Origin: Methanocella sp.
Lineage (GTDB): Archaea; Thermoproteota; Bathyarchaeia; Bathyarchaeales; Bathycorpusculaceae
NCBI GenBank assembly: GCA_050261115.1
Contig: JBLNCY010000013.1
Span: 1-26,024, forward strand
Reading direction: 5' to 3'
DNA: 26,024 nucleotides
Below, in pieces: positions 1 through 8,825 of the stretch. How positions within the stretch are numbered: position 1 is the first letter of the stretch; each line of letters begins with the position of its first letter. The notes beneath the pieces were generated by a model. The model worked only from the letters and a program-made list of their open reading frames with translations. It was not told the DNA's origin and made no database searches. The translations under genes and the position numbers were made by a program.

Positions 1-85
1 CAAAGCCAAATTAGCCGCATAAAACTTAACAGCAACACACCCCACTAATTCTCCAAAGAAAGCTTACATCAGAAGGTAATGCAAA

Positions 86-1714
86 TTGAGAAGCGATAAC
101 ATAAAAACCGGAACTGAAAAAGCGCCTCACCGCGCACTCCTCAGATCATTAGGTTTAAACAGCGACGACTTTAACAAGCCATTCATCGGCGTAGCCAACA
201 GCTACACCAACATAGTCCCCGGACATGTACACCTCCGAAACATCGGAGAAGCCGTAAAAGAAGGCATCCTAGCCGCTGGCGGCATACCATTCGAATTCAG
301 CACCATAGCCGTATGCGACGGAGTCGCCATGGGCCATATGGGTATGCGCTACTCGCTGCCATCGCGCGAAATCATCGCGGACAGCGTAGAAATCATGATA
401 CAATCCCACAGCCTAGACGGCTTAGTTATGATATCAAACTGTGACAAAATCACCCCCGGCATGCTCATGGCAGCGGCACGCCTTGACATCCCAAGCATCA
501 TGGTCACAGGCGGACCCATGGTGGCAGGACGCCACCACGGCAAAAAAGTCAGCTACTCTAGTATGCCCGAAGCAGTCGGCCAATTCACCTCAGGCAAACT
601 CTCCGAAGCCGAACTCCTCGAACTGGAAGCAAACGCCTGCCCCGGATGCGGAAGCTGCAGCGGCATGTTCACCGCCAACACCATGGCATGCATGACTGAA
701 GCACTCGGCATGTCCTTGCCTAACTGCGCAACTTCACTAGCTACAAGTGCATTCAAGATGCGTCTCGCAAGAGCCACAGGCAAACAAGCAGTAAAACTCG
801 TGCAAGACAACTTGACGCCTTCAAAGATTTTAACCGAACAAGCCTTTGAAAACGCCGTCGCAGTCGATATGGCTCTTGGCGGCTCAACCAACACCACCCT
901 GCACCTGCCAGCCATAGCTAAAGAAGTAGGTCTAACCCTGCCGCTCTCAACCTTTGATGCTATCGGTCGAAAAGTACCACACATCGCCAGCATGATTCCA
1001 AGCGGAATCCATGCCATGGAAGACCTAGACGCCGCAGGTGGAGTTCCAGCAGTCATGAATGTACTCAAAGACTTCCTGCACCTAAACCAGCCTACAGTCA
1101 ACGGCAGGACGGTCGGAGAAAACATCCAAGACGCAAAAGTCCAAGACACCACCGTCATACGTCCACTCAGCGACCCAGTGCACAAAGAGGGCGGTATAGC
1201 CATACTTACCGGTAACCTAGCACCAAAAGGCGCAGTCATTAAATCTGCAGGTGTCTCAGAGAAAATGATGCGGCATAGTGGCCCAGCAAAAGTCTATGAT
1301 TCAGAAATAGACGCCCTGAGCGCGATTCGTGGTGGCAAAATAAGCCCTGGCGACGTAGTTGTCATCCGCTATGAGGGCCCGCGAGGTGGACCTGGTATGC
1401 CAGAAATGCTCTTTCCAACTGCCAGCATCGCAGGCATGGGCTTAGCAGAATCAGTCGCCCTAGTCACGGATGGACGCTTCAGCGGTGCAACAAGAGGCGG
1501 CAGCATCGGGCATGTGGCGCCTGAAGCCTTCGAGGGAGGACCCATCGCAGTTATCCAAAACGGCGACATAATAACAATCGACATCCCCAACAGAGTCCTC
1601 AAAGTAGAATTATCCGACGAAGAACTCAAAGCGCGCCTAGCCGAATGGAAGCCAAGACCGCCAAAAATAAGCAAAGGCATCTTATCCCGCTACAAGCCCA
1701 CACCAATCGAGTAA
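86..1714 (+). CDS. ilvD: Dihydroxy-acid dehydratase (IlvD/Edd family)
   Basis: 542 aa, TTG start. Motifs [72 protein letters not shown] and [11 protein letters not shown]. Confidence 0.96.
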   Translation: MRSDNIKTGTEKAPHRALLRSLGLNSDDFNKPFIGVANSYTNIVPGHVHLRNIGEAVKEGILAAGGIPFEFSTIAVCDGVAMGHMGMRYSLPSREIIADSVEIMIQSHSLDGLVMISNCDKITPGMLMAAARLDIPSIMVTGGPMVAGRHHGKKVSYSSMPEAVGQFTSGKLSEAELLELEANACPGCGSCSGMFTANTMACMTEALGMSLPNCATSLATSAFKMRLARATGKQAVKLVQDNLTPSKILTEQAFENAVAVDMALGGSTNTTLHLPAIAKEVGLTLPLSTFDAIGRKVPHIASMIPSGIHAMEDLDAAGGVPAVMNVLKDFLHLNQPTVNGRTVGENIQDAKVQDTTVIRPLSDPVHKEGGIAILTGNLAPKGAVIKSAGVSEKMMRHSGPAKVYDSEIDALSAIRGGKISPGDVVVIRYEGPRGGPGMPEMLFPTASIAGMGLAESVALVTDGRFSGATRGGSIGHVAPEAFEGGPIAVIQNGDIITIDIPNRVLKVELSDEELKARLAEWKPRPPKISKGILSRYKPTPIE

Positions 1715-1715
1715 A

Positions 1716-1740
1716 CAAAAAAATGGACTGGTGACTACCA
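1716..1740 (-). terminator. Probable terminator of the 1742-2116 gene
   Basis: Minus strand reads TGGT-agtc-ACCA followed by a T7 tract, directly after the stop codon. Confidence 0.45.
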
Positions 1741-1741
1741 C

Positions 1742-2116
1742 TTAGCGGTGGCAGCCCCATCCATTACCGCTATTTCTATCCATCATACCGTGATGGTTGC
1801 TCCAGTTGTTTTGGTTCTGTCCTGCACAGCCATATCCATAGCCGTTGCAGTTGGTGTTTTGGTTTTGGCAGAAGCCCGTCTGGGTGTTATTCCCGCAGTA
1901 GCCTGGGTAGCTTCCGTCGGAGCAGGGTTGGCCGTTTGTCTGATTAAGGCACTGCTGTGGAACTGCGCCAGTGTTTGTTGCATAGGGTGGAGCAGCTTGA
2001 TTTTCATTGGGGGGTGCTGTGGTTTGGTTGTTGATGAATTGTGCTGTTGCGACGCTGGCAAGTGCTGCGGCGACTAGGGTGATTGTGGCTATTGCGAGGA
2101 TGAGTTTGTTGTTCAT
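1742..2116 (-). CDS. Small secreted Asn/Gln/Gly/Cys-rich protein of unknown function
   Basis: 124 aa. Signal-peptide-like N-terminus (MNNKLILAIATITLVAAALASVATA), 7 Cys, C-terminal HHGMM...GWGCHR. SD-like GAGGTGA lies 5 nt before the ATG. Confidence 0.8.
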   Translation of the reverse strand: MNNKLILAIATITLVAAALASVATAQFINNQTTAPPNENQAAPPYATNTGAVPQQCLNQTNGQPCSDGSYPGYCGNNTQTGFCQNQNTNCNGYGYGCAGQNQNNWSNHHGMMDRNSGNGWGCHR

Positions 2117-2164
2117 TTTTTCACCTCAAATATTATTTGGGTTTGGAGTGGTTTGGATGTTGGG

Positions 2165-2192
2165 TGAAACAGTCCTGAAACAATCTGAAACA
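2165..2192. promoter_or_regulatory. Three direct repeats of TGAAACA, a candidate winged-helix operator
   Basis: Exact TGAAACA at 2165-2171, 2176-2182 and 2186-2192 (11 and 10 bp period), between divergent genes. Confidence 0.7.
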
Positions 2193-2264
2193 TACACGTG
2201 GGTTGTTGTGTTTTGTTTGGGGAAGGTTTAATTCTCCCGCGGATAAGTCTATTTTAGATATAGT

Positions 2265-2867
2265 ATGAAAAGAGTCAACCTCTTCCTCATCCTACTAATC
2301 ACCGCAGTAACCGCCCTAATCGCCGCAACCATAATCGGCTTCACACTCTTCTCCTCAAACAACCAAACCGACCCCTATGGCTGGATGAGCCAAATGTGGG
2401 GCAACCATGACAACCCAAACGGGCATAGAGGCATGATGAGTCAAACCTCAACCCCCACACCAACCACCAGCTCAATATTACCATACTACGGCATATTATT
2501 CGCAGTACTAATCGCCACTGTCATTATCAGTATCATCGGTATCTCCTACTACCTAGTTTACCCTCAAATCCGCACCAGTCCCGCATTACCACCAACCACC
2601 CTAAACGTACCCCACACGCCTCAGACAGCACAAACATCAAACGCATACGAAACCCTCGCTAAAACCCTAACAGAAGACGAACGCAAAGTCATAGCCGTAC
2701 TCCAAGCACACAACGGCAAGTACCTGCAGAAATACATCAAAGCCGAGACGGGACTAAGCCGCCTACAAACCCACCGGATTCTTGCAAGATTAGCCGAGCG
2801 TGGAATTGTCTCTTTGGAGAAAACCGGGAATACAAATCAGGTAGCGTTAGCTGATTGGCTAAATTAG
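2265..2867 (+). CDS. Membrane-anchored winged helix-turn-helix transcriptional regulator (2 TM plus C-terminal wHTH; COG2512-like)
   Basis: Hydrophobic segments at about aa 5-29 and 72-98 flank a Met/His/Gly loop. C-terminus LTEDERKVIAVL...LQKYIKAETGLSRLQTHRILARLAERGIVSLEKTGNTNQV is a typical wHTH. TATA-like TTTAAT at 2227-2232. Confidence 0.85.
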   Translation: MKRVNLFLILLITAVTALIAATIIGFTLFSSNNQTDPYGWMSQMWGNHDNPNGHRGMMSQTSTPTPTTSSILPYYGILFAVLIATVIISIIGISYYLVYPQIRTSPALPPTTLNVPHTPQTAQTSNAYETLAKTLTEDERKVIAVLQAHNGKYLQKYIKAETGLSRLQTHRILARLAERGIVSLEKTGNTNQVALADWLN

Positions 2868-3022
2868 CAGCTTAGGCGCTACGCTTGCTATGGGCCGCCA
2901 AGGTGTTTTGTTGTTTTGCCATAGACCCCCTTCTTATTTGCAAGTCTGGTTTGATGTTTTTGTTTATGGCACGGTTACTCTTTATCAACTCGACCACTCA
3001 ATAATATCCTGAAGGTTAAACG

Positions 3023-3847
3023 ATGACAACGCCCCTTGATTGGCAACTAATCTTACTCGAATGCAAAAACAGCGTCCAAAACGCCATCGAACCCTACCTA
3101 TCAACGGTACAGCTACCGCAAAAGGATTTGGGCAGAGGCGCAGGCGGTGACGTCATGAAACCCGTTGATTTAGCTGCGGAAAACGCTATTGTGCAAACTC
3201 TGCAAGCCTACGATGTCGCCTTTACTTTGATTAGTGAGGAATCAGGTACCAAAGAGTTTGGTGCTACCCCAAAAGACTGCTACATCTGCGTGGACCCAAT
3301 CGATGGAACCACCAACCTCGTGCATGGGTTACCGTTTTATGCATCCTCCATAGCGGTTGCAAGCAAACCCGAGTTAGACGGCGTCTTTGCGGGTATTGTG
3401 GCGGATTTGGTGCATAACGATGTCTTCTATGCCCACCAGGGCAAAGGGGCATACCGCAACGGCAAACAAATCCACACTTCAAACACACAATCCATCGACG
3501 ACGCCACCGTCGGGCTAGACCTAAACGCTTACAAAGCTAAATTCAGCATGACCATAGCAGCCAAACTGATTGAAAACATAAGGCACACCCGTCACTTCGG
3601 CGCTAACGCACTTGAAGTCAGCCATGTCGCCGCGGGATTAACAGACGCCTTTGTTGATTTGCGTGGTAAAATCCGAACCACCGACATAGCCGCGGGGTTC
3701 CTTATTGCCAAAGAGGCAGGCGCAGTCATCACAGATGCTGACAGCAACCCAATTAGTGCAACGCTTGATCCGCGTCAGACCCTGAATTTTATTGCTTCGG
3801 CCAACGTGAAGATTCATAAACAGATTTTGAGTCTGATAAAATCGTAA
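3023..3847 (+). CDS. Inositol monophosphatase / FBPase family (archaeal SuhB-like)
   Basis: Motifs ISEESG, VDPIDGTTN, RHFGANALE and DIAAGFLIAKEAGAVITD. Confidence 0.92.
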   Translation: MTTPLDWQLILLECKNSVQNAIEPYLSTVQLPQKDLGRGAGGDVMKPVDLAAENAIVQTLQAYDVAFTLISEESGTKEFGATPKDCYICVDPIDGTTNLVHGLPFYASSIAVASKPELDGVFAGIVADLVHNDVFYAHQGKGAYRNGKQIHTSNTQSIDDATVGLDLNAYKAKFSMTIAAKLIENIRHTRHFGANALEVSHVAAGLTDAFVDLRGKIRTTDIAAGFLIAKEAGAVITDADSNPISATLDPRQTLNFIASANVKIHKQILSLIKS

Positions 3848-4686
3848 TGTTTAGTTTACTTATGCCCCAGCCAGCAGCAATAGTAAAAACTCGGAAAACC
3901 AGAACCCTCCTTATCTCCGACCCCCATATCGGCTGGGAATTAGAGCTACAACAAAAAGGCATCCATGTACCAAGCCAAACAGGAAAAATTCTCGACAAAC
4001 TCATCGCCGTTCTAGTCGAAGTCAAGCCTGATGCGTTGGTTGTGTTAGGCGACGTCAAGTATTCTGTAATGACCAGCGAGTTCAGCGAATGGCGGGATAT
4101 ACCTGAATTCTTTAAACAACTCCAACCTTACGTAGGCAAGATATCTATAGTCAGGGGTAACCATGACGCCAATTTGGAGCCGCTGCTGCCTGAAAACGTA
4201 AATATGCTGCCAGCAACCGGCGCAGTGATTGGTGATGTTGCGGTTTTTCATGGGCATAAATGGCCCAGCCCTGAACTGTTAGGCTGCAAGACGATAGTGA
4301 TGGGGCATTTACACCCAGTCGTAGTTTTCCGTGATCCTGTTGGCTGCAGATTGACTAGGCAGGTGTGGATGCGTGCGGACATTGATAGCGAGGCGTTGGC
4401 TAGGGTACTGCTGCGGAAAGCTAACATAAAAATCAGGGACACAGTCGAGGAGACCCTAAAAAACCAATTTAACCTCACACTCCAGACCTCCGAACTCTAC
4501 ATTATGCCCAGCTTCAACGACTTTTTAGGCGGCAGACCCATAAACGAATGTAGGTCTAAGGAAATGGGTGCTGAAGCATTGATTGGGCCTGTGTTGCGTT
4601 CAAAAGCGGTCAATGTGGGTGATTCGGAGTTGTATCTTTTGGATGGGACTTATCTTGGAACGTTAAACCAACTCAGAAACCTCTGA
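3847..4686 (+). CDS. Calcineurin-like metallophosphoesterase (COG1407/ICC-like)
   Basis: Motifs SDPHIG, LGD, RGNHD, FHGH, GHLHP and MPSFN. Start overlaps the upstream stop (TAATG). Confidence 0.9.
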   Translation: MFSLLMPQPAAIVKTRKTRTLLISDPHIGWELELQQKGIHVPSQTGKILDKLIAVLVEVKPDALVVLGDVKYSVMTSEFSEWRDIPEFFKQLQPYVGKISIVRGNHDANLEPLLPENVNMLPATGAVIGDVAVFHGHKWPSPELLGCKTIVMGHLHPVVVFRDPVGCRLTRQVWMRADIDSEALARVLLRKANIKIRDTVEETLKNQFNLTLQTSELYIMPSFNDFLGGRPINECRSKEMGAEALIGPVLRSKAVNVGDSELYLLDGTYLGTLNQLRNL

Positions 4687-4902
4687 GAGGAGCCTCTGAC
4701 AGACAGTTTCAACAGCGAGTGCTTTGCTTTTGGCAGCTCGGTTTTTCAGTTGTTTAGCAAGCAAACGGGTTTTCGCCGCAGTGGGTGAAACTATCAGATA
4801 AAGTCAGGGAAAAACCATAAAAATGCAATTGAAAATGTTAGGGACGCCATAGATGGCCGCCATGAGGCATTCCCTTGCGCGTTAAGGTAAGCAGCGGATA
4901 AC

Positions 4903-4935
4903 TCTTATATTTGCCACATGTTATATGGCTAACAT
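4903..4935 (+). promoter_or_regulatory. TATA-like element plus ATGTTA-N6-TAACAT palindrome upstream of the RHH gene
   Basis: TTATAT at 4905-4910. Perfect inverted repeat ATGTTA (4918-4923) / TAACAT (4930-4935). SD-like GAGGGAG follows. Confidence 0.55.
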
Positions 4936-4958
4936 AGTTTAGAGGGAGAATAACTAAA

Positions 4959-5114
4959 ATGAAATTAGTAACTGTACTTTTACCAGAAGCCTACCTAGAA
5001 GGCCTCGACGAACTCGTCAGAATGAACATGTACCCCAGCAGAAGTAGCGTCATTCGCTCATCTGTGCGTGACCTACTCAAGAAAGAACTCTGGGATAACA
5101 AACGCGGGAAATAA
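4959..5114 (+). CDS. Ribbon-helix-helix (CopG/Arc/MetJ) regulator, CdrS-like; not in the ORF track
   Basis: Translated by hand, 51 aa: MKLVTVLLPEAYLEGLDELVRMNMYPSRSSVIRSSVRDLLKKELWDNKRGK. Shows beta-strand, LP, helix A, YPSRS turn and helix B. SD-like GAGGGAG upstream. Confidence 0.9.
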   Translation: MKLVTVLLPEAYLEGLDELVRMNMYPSRSSVIRSSVRDLLKKELWDNKRGK

Positions 5115-5118
5115 CCGC

Positions 5119-5886
5119 CTACAACCCTTTTATCTGGTCAAGCAGCCTCTGAGCAGCATCCGCTGGATCAACTGCATTTGTTATTTCTCTGCCGACAATC
5201 AAGTAATCTGCGCCAGCTCTAACCGCTGCATCTGCACCGCCACCTTGAATGCCAACACCAGGCGAGTAGATTTCCGCTCTACCACCAAGAATGCCCTTTA
5301 CCTCAGCGATTTTTTCGGGTCGGGTTGCGCCCACCACTACACCATCTGCACCCCATGCGACCGCTTTTCTGGCAAAGGAAACATACTGGGGCATCTGCAT
5401 CCCGGTTTCGGCGTCCACGATGGTTTGACCATAGCCTTCAGTTGCGCCTTTGTGGCTCATGTATGTTAGGAGAATTACTCCGCGGTTTTGGCGTTTAGCC
5501 ACCTCAAACAGTGGTTTTAGGCCTTCTTCCCAACCCACAAACGGGTTAGCAATAATGGCGTCAAATCCAGCGGCGAAATAGTATTCAGCTATGACTTGGT
5601 TCGTGTTGCCTATGTCGTTAACTTTTGCATCCATAATGGCCAGCATGCCCTGCCCCCGGATTTGCTCAACTAAAGCAGCAACGCCATCAAAGGTTCCCAA
5701 TGGCAAAGTGAGATGGTGGTTGATTTTTACGGCGGCTATGTAGGGGTGAACGGCTTGGAGCACCTTCTGGGCCTTAGCCAGCAGGTTGCTGTGGTTGTCT
5801 GATGGCGTGAATGGGAAGTCTAATGCTAAGATAAGTCGAGACTGCTTGCTTTTGGCTGAGTCCTGCATTTTCTGTTTAAACGACAA
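5119..5886 (-). CDS. pyrF: Orotidine-5'-phosphate decarboxylase
   Basis: Motifs LILALD, DAKVNDIGNT, VVGAT, SPGVGIQGG and IVGREI. TTG start. Confidence 0.95.
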   Translation of the reverse strand: MSFKQKMQDSAKSKQSRLILALDFPFTPSDNHSNLLAKAQKVLQAVHPYIAAVKINHHLTLPLGTFDGVAALVEQIRGQGMLAIMDAKVNDIGNTNQVIAEYYFAAGFDAIIANPFVGWEEGLKPLFEVAKRQNRGVILLTYMSHKGATEGYGQTIVDAETGMQMPQYVSFARKAVAWGADGVVVGATRPEKIAEVKGILGGRAEIYSPGVGIQGGGADAAVRAGADYLIVGREITNAVDPADAAQRLLDQIKGL

Positions 5887-6024
5887 CGGCTTTTCCTCAC
5901 GGTAGTGTTTACTCTTTTTATCGGCAAATGGGCTATTAAACCTTCAACTCTGATAAGAAGCTTAAAATTTGCCTCCTTCTATTGGCGTAATAACAGTATC
6001 CAACTCACCAGAGGAAAAAAATGC

Positions 6025-7941
6025 ATGGTTAAGCAGACGTTGGCCCAAAAAATAATCGCTAAGCACCTAGTTGAAGGTAAGATGGTTGCAGGCGCAGAAA
6101 TCGCCCTGCGAATCGACCACACACTCACCCAGGACTCCACCGGCACTATGGCGTATCTAGAATTCGAAGCTATGGGTATCCCCAAAGTCAAGACGCAGCT
6201 AAGCGTCAGTTTTGTTGACCACAACATGCTCCAAAATGATTTTCGCAACGCTGACGATCACCGTTATCTCCAAGGGGTGGCGTCTAAATACGGCGTCATC
6301 TTTAGTCGACCGGGCAACGGTATCTGCCACCAGCTTTTCCTTGAACGCTTTGCAAGACCCGGATACACCCTTTTGGGAAGCGACAGCCATACCCCAACCG
6401 CAGGTGGCGCAGGCGCCTTAGCCATAGGCGCAGGAGGCCTTGACGTCGCAGCAGCCATGGCAGGAGAACCCTTCTACCTAGAAATGCCAAAAATCATCGG
6501 CGTAAAATTAACCGGCAAACTCCAGCCCTTTGTATCCGCCAAAGACGTAATCCTACAAGTCCTCAAAATCTTGACAGTCAAAGGCGGCGTTAACAAAATC
6601 ATAGAATACTATGGACCCGGCGTAGAAACACTCAGTGTCCCCGAAAGAGGCACCATCACCAACATGGGCGCAGAAACAGGTGCAACCACATCCATCTTCC
6701 CCTCTGATCATGTAACCAAAGCGTTCCTTGAAGCGCAGGGTCGCGGGGAGCAATGGGTTGAACTCAAAGCTGACGACGGCGCAACATACGACGAGAACAT
6801 AGAAATCAACCTCTCAGAACTCGAACCACTAATCGCCCTACCCCACAGTCCAGATGCAGTTAAAAAAGTCAGTGAAGTCGAAGGCATCCCAGTTGACCAA
6901 GTCTGCATCGGTAGCTGCACCAACTCCTCACTGCGAGACCTCAAAATCGTCTCCGCACTTCTTAGGGGCAGAAAAGTTCATGAAAACACCAGCCTCACTA
7001 TTTCAGCAGGCTCCCGTCAAGTCATGGAGAACCTAGCGGCGGCAGGCGAATTAGAGCCCTTTATCCTTTCTGGCGCTAGAATCCTTGAAAACTCCTGTGG
7101 CCCCTGCATCGGCATCGGTCAAGCACCCTCAACAGGCGCCGTTTCTCTACGCACCTTTAATCGCAACTTTAAAGGTCGCAGCGGCACACAGGATGCAAAA
7201 GTTTACCTTGTCAGCCCCGAAACAGCCGTCGCCGCAGCCTTAAACGGAAAAGTCACTGACCCCCGCAAACTAGGCGAGTTCCCCGACATCAAAATGCCCG
7301 AAAAGTTCCTAATAGCTGACGCGATGTTTATCCAGCCAGGTTCCTGCGCAGACATCAAAGTCGTTATGGGCCCAAACATAAAACCCCTCCCAACCTTTAC
7401 ACCTCTACCGAAAACACTCACAGGTGAAGTGCTGCTTAAAACAGGCGACAACATCACCACCGACGATATCATACCCGGCGGCTCAGAAATAATGTCGCTA
7501 CGGAGCAACATTCCCGAAATCAGCAAATACCTGTTCTGCCATGTTGACAAATCCTTCGCTGGTCGTGCCCTTGAGAAGGCTGGGGGATTCATTGTTGGCG
7601 GAGAAAACTATGGCCAGGGCAGTAGTAGAGAACATGCGGCGTTAGCCCCTAGATTTCTTGGGGTAAAAGCCATAATCGCCAAATCCTTCGCGCGTATACA
7701 CATGGCTAATCTCATCAACTTCGGCATTCTCCCATTGACCTTTGCAGACAAAAAAGACTATGACGCCATCGACACGGGTGACGAACTAGAACTTGCCGTA
7801 GACGATCTAAAAGAACAACTGAGCTTGGTAAACAAGACTAAAGGTACAACGATAAAAGTAAACCTCAACTTGAGTGCTGTTGAAAAAGAGCAGATACTTG
7901 CAGGCGGAAAATTAGCCCTCATCAAAGCTAAATATCAATGA
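6025..7941 (+). CDS. Single-chain aconitate hydratase family protein (Aquifex-type putative aconitase)
   Basis: Start reassigned to ATG 6025 (MVKQTLAQKII), 638 aa. Motifs QDSTG, DHN, GICHQ, GSDSHT, [4Fe-4S] ligands GSCTN and CGPCIG, RTFNRNF. Fused swivel domain with NITTDDI and NYGQGSSREHA. Confidence 0.92.
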   Translation: MVKQTLAQKIIAKHLVEGKMVAGAEIALRIDHTLTQDSTGTMAYLEFEAMGIPKVKTQLSVSFVDHNMLQNDFRNADDHRYLQGVASKYGVIFSRPGNGICHQLFLERFARPGYTLLGSDSHTPTAGGAGALAIGAGGLDVAAAMAGEPFYLEMPKIIGVKLTGKLQPFVSAKDVILQVLKILTVKGGVNKIIEYYGPGVETLSVPERGTITNMGAETGATTSIFPSDHVTKAFLEAQGRGEQWVELKADDGATYDENIEINLSELEPLIALPHSPDAVKKVSEVEGIPVDQVCIGSCTNSSLRDLKIVSALLRGRKVHENTSLTISAGSRQVMENLAAAGELEPFILSGARILENSCGPCIGIGQAPSTGAVSLRTFNRNFKGRSGTQDAKVYLVSPETAVAAALNGKVTDPRKLGEFPDIKMPEKFLIADAMFIQPGSCADIKVVMGPNIKPLPTFTPLPKTLTGEVLLKTGDNITTDDIIPGGSEIMSLRSNIPEISKYLFCHVDKSFAGRALEKAGGFIVGGENYGQGSSREHAALAPRFLGVKAIIAKSFARIHMANLINFGILPLTFADKKDYDAIDTGDELELAVDDLKEQLSLVNKTKGTTIKVNLNLSAVEKEQILAGGKLALIKAKYQ

Positions 7942-7972
7942 AAATAAAAAGGGGCGCCAAGGCTCTGCCTTG
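7941..7972 (-). terminator. Hairpin plus U-tract terminator between convergent genes
   Basis: CAAGGC-tct-GCCTTG (7958-7972) next to an A-rich run at 7941-7950, which is a U-tract on the minus strand. Confidence 0.5.
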
Positions 7973-7977
7973 TGCTC

Positions 7978-8397
7978 TCAAATCCCCAACTCTGCCAATT
8001 TTAGCGGACTGTTTATTTCGATACCCTTAGTTCCAGTGACAACTCTGGTTAGTTTACTGTCAGCTTCAGAACCCACAGTCACAACCCGGTCGCCCTTATA
8101 GGACAAGGTAATAGTGACGCCTTCACTGCAAAGGTCCTCCACGAGTTCTTTTACAAGGGGACGGGCTTTTCTTGCTTCCCTTATCGTGTCAACGCCGCTC
8201 TGTATCGATTTCCGGATGCCTTTGCTTGTGGAGGCTTTTCTTGCGCTGCCCATGACTTCTTTTATGAATTCCTTATCCTGTACGTTAGCATCGATTTTCT
8301 TTTCAGATATGTTAACTTCGACGGCTGGTTTGTTGTTTTGGCTTATGGTTATTTTTCCGGACTTGAGGGTTTCAACTAGCAATGTTGTTAATTGCAT
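7978..8397 (-). CDS. Hypothetical protein (139 aa)
   Basis: Soluble-looking ORF in tandem with 8418-8657. No recognisable motif. Confidence 0.75.
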   Translation of the reverse strand: MQLTTLLVETLKSGKITISQNNKPAVEVNISEKKIDANVQDKEFIKEVMGSARKASTSKGIRKSIQSGVDTIREARKARPLVKELVEDLCSEGVTITLSYKGDRVVTVGSEADSKLTRVVTGTKGIEINSPLKLAELGI

Positions 8398-8417
8398 GCT
8401 AGTTCGCCTTAAAGGGG

Positions 8418-8657
8418 TTAGGCGCTTGTTGCTTCTTTGGCCATGACTATGTCTAGGACTATGGCGCCGTTAACGGTTGCTTTCATAACGCCTGTGTCGA
8501 GAGTTAACTGTTCAAAACTTAGTTTGAGGTCCGATTCTTTGCCTGCTAAGCGATCAAGCACTGCTATGATGGTGTCGCCGACGGTTTCAGCGGTTCGCTG
8601 CATGGATTCTGAGGTTTTGTTCATGCCCTGTTGGATATTCTCATTTCGATTTTCCAT
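8418..8657 (-). CDS. Hypothetical protein (79 aa)
   Basis: TATA-like TATTTATA on the minus strand at 8692-8699 and SD-like GGTG upstream. 20-bp gap to the next gene. Confidence 0.72.
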   Translation of the reverse strand: MENRNENIQQGMNKTSESMQRTAETVGDTIIAVLDRLAGKESDLKLSFEQLTLDTGVMKATVNGAIVLDIVMAKEATSA

Positions 8658-8825
8658 TTCAAAACACCATTTTTAATCAATTTAAAAACTCTATAAATAC
8701 TTGGTCTAAGCAAAAGGATAAAAAATCAAAAACAAATCTGTACATTAGCCCTGAATTATTTTAATAAAATAATCAATTTGGTAGCTTTTCTGCCTGATTA
8801 AATTAAGAGAAAGGGGTGGAGTATG

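Noticed and set aside
553-1239. 228-aa antisense ORF and the many other nested or antisense ORFs in the track
   Set aside because: They are shadows of well-supported genes on the opposite strand or in other frames, with no motifs or translation signals.
5068-5469. 133-aa plus-strand ORF
   Set aside because: It overlaps the RHH gene out of frame and is antisense to pyrF.
5905-6024. 40-aa N-terminal extension of the aconitase
   Set aside because: It covers the divergent promoter region. Family-like sequence begins at MVKQTLAQKII.
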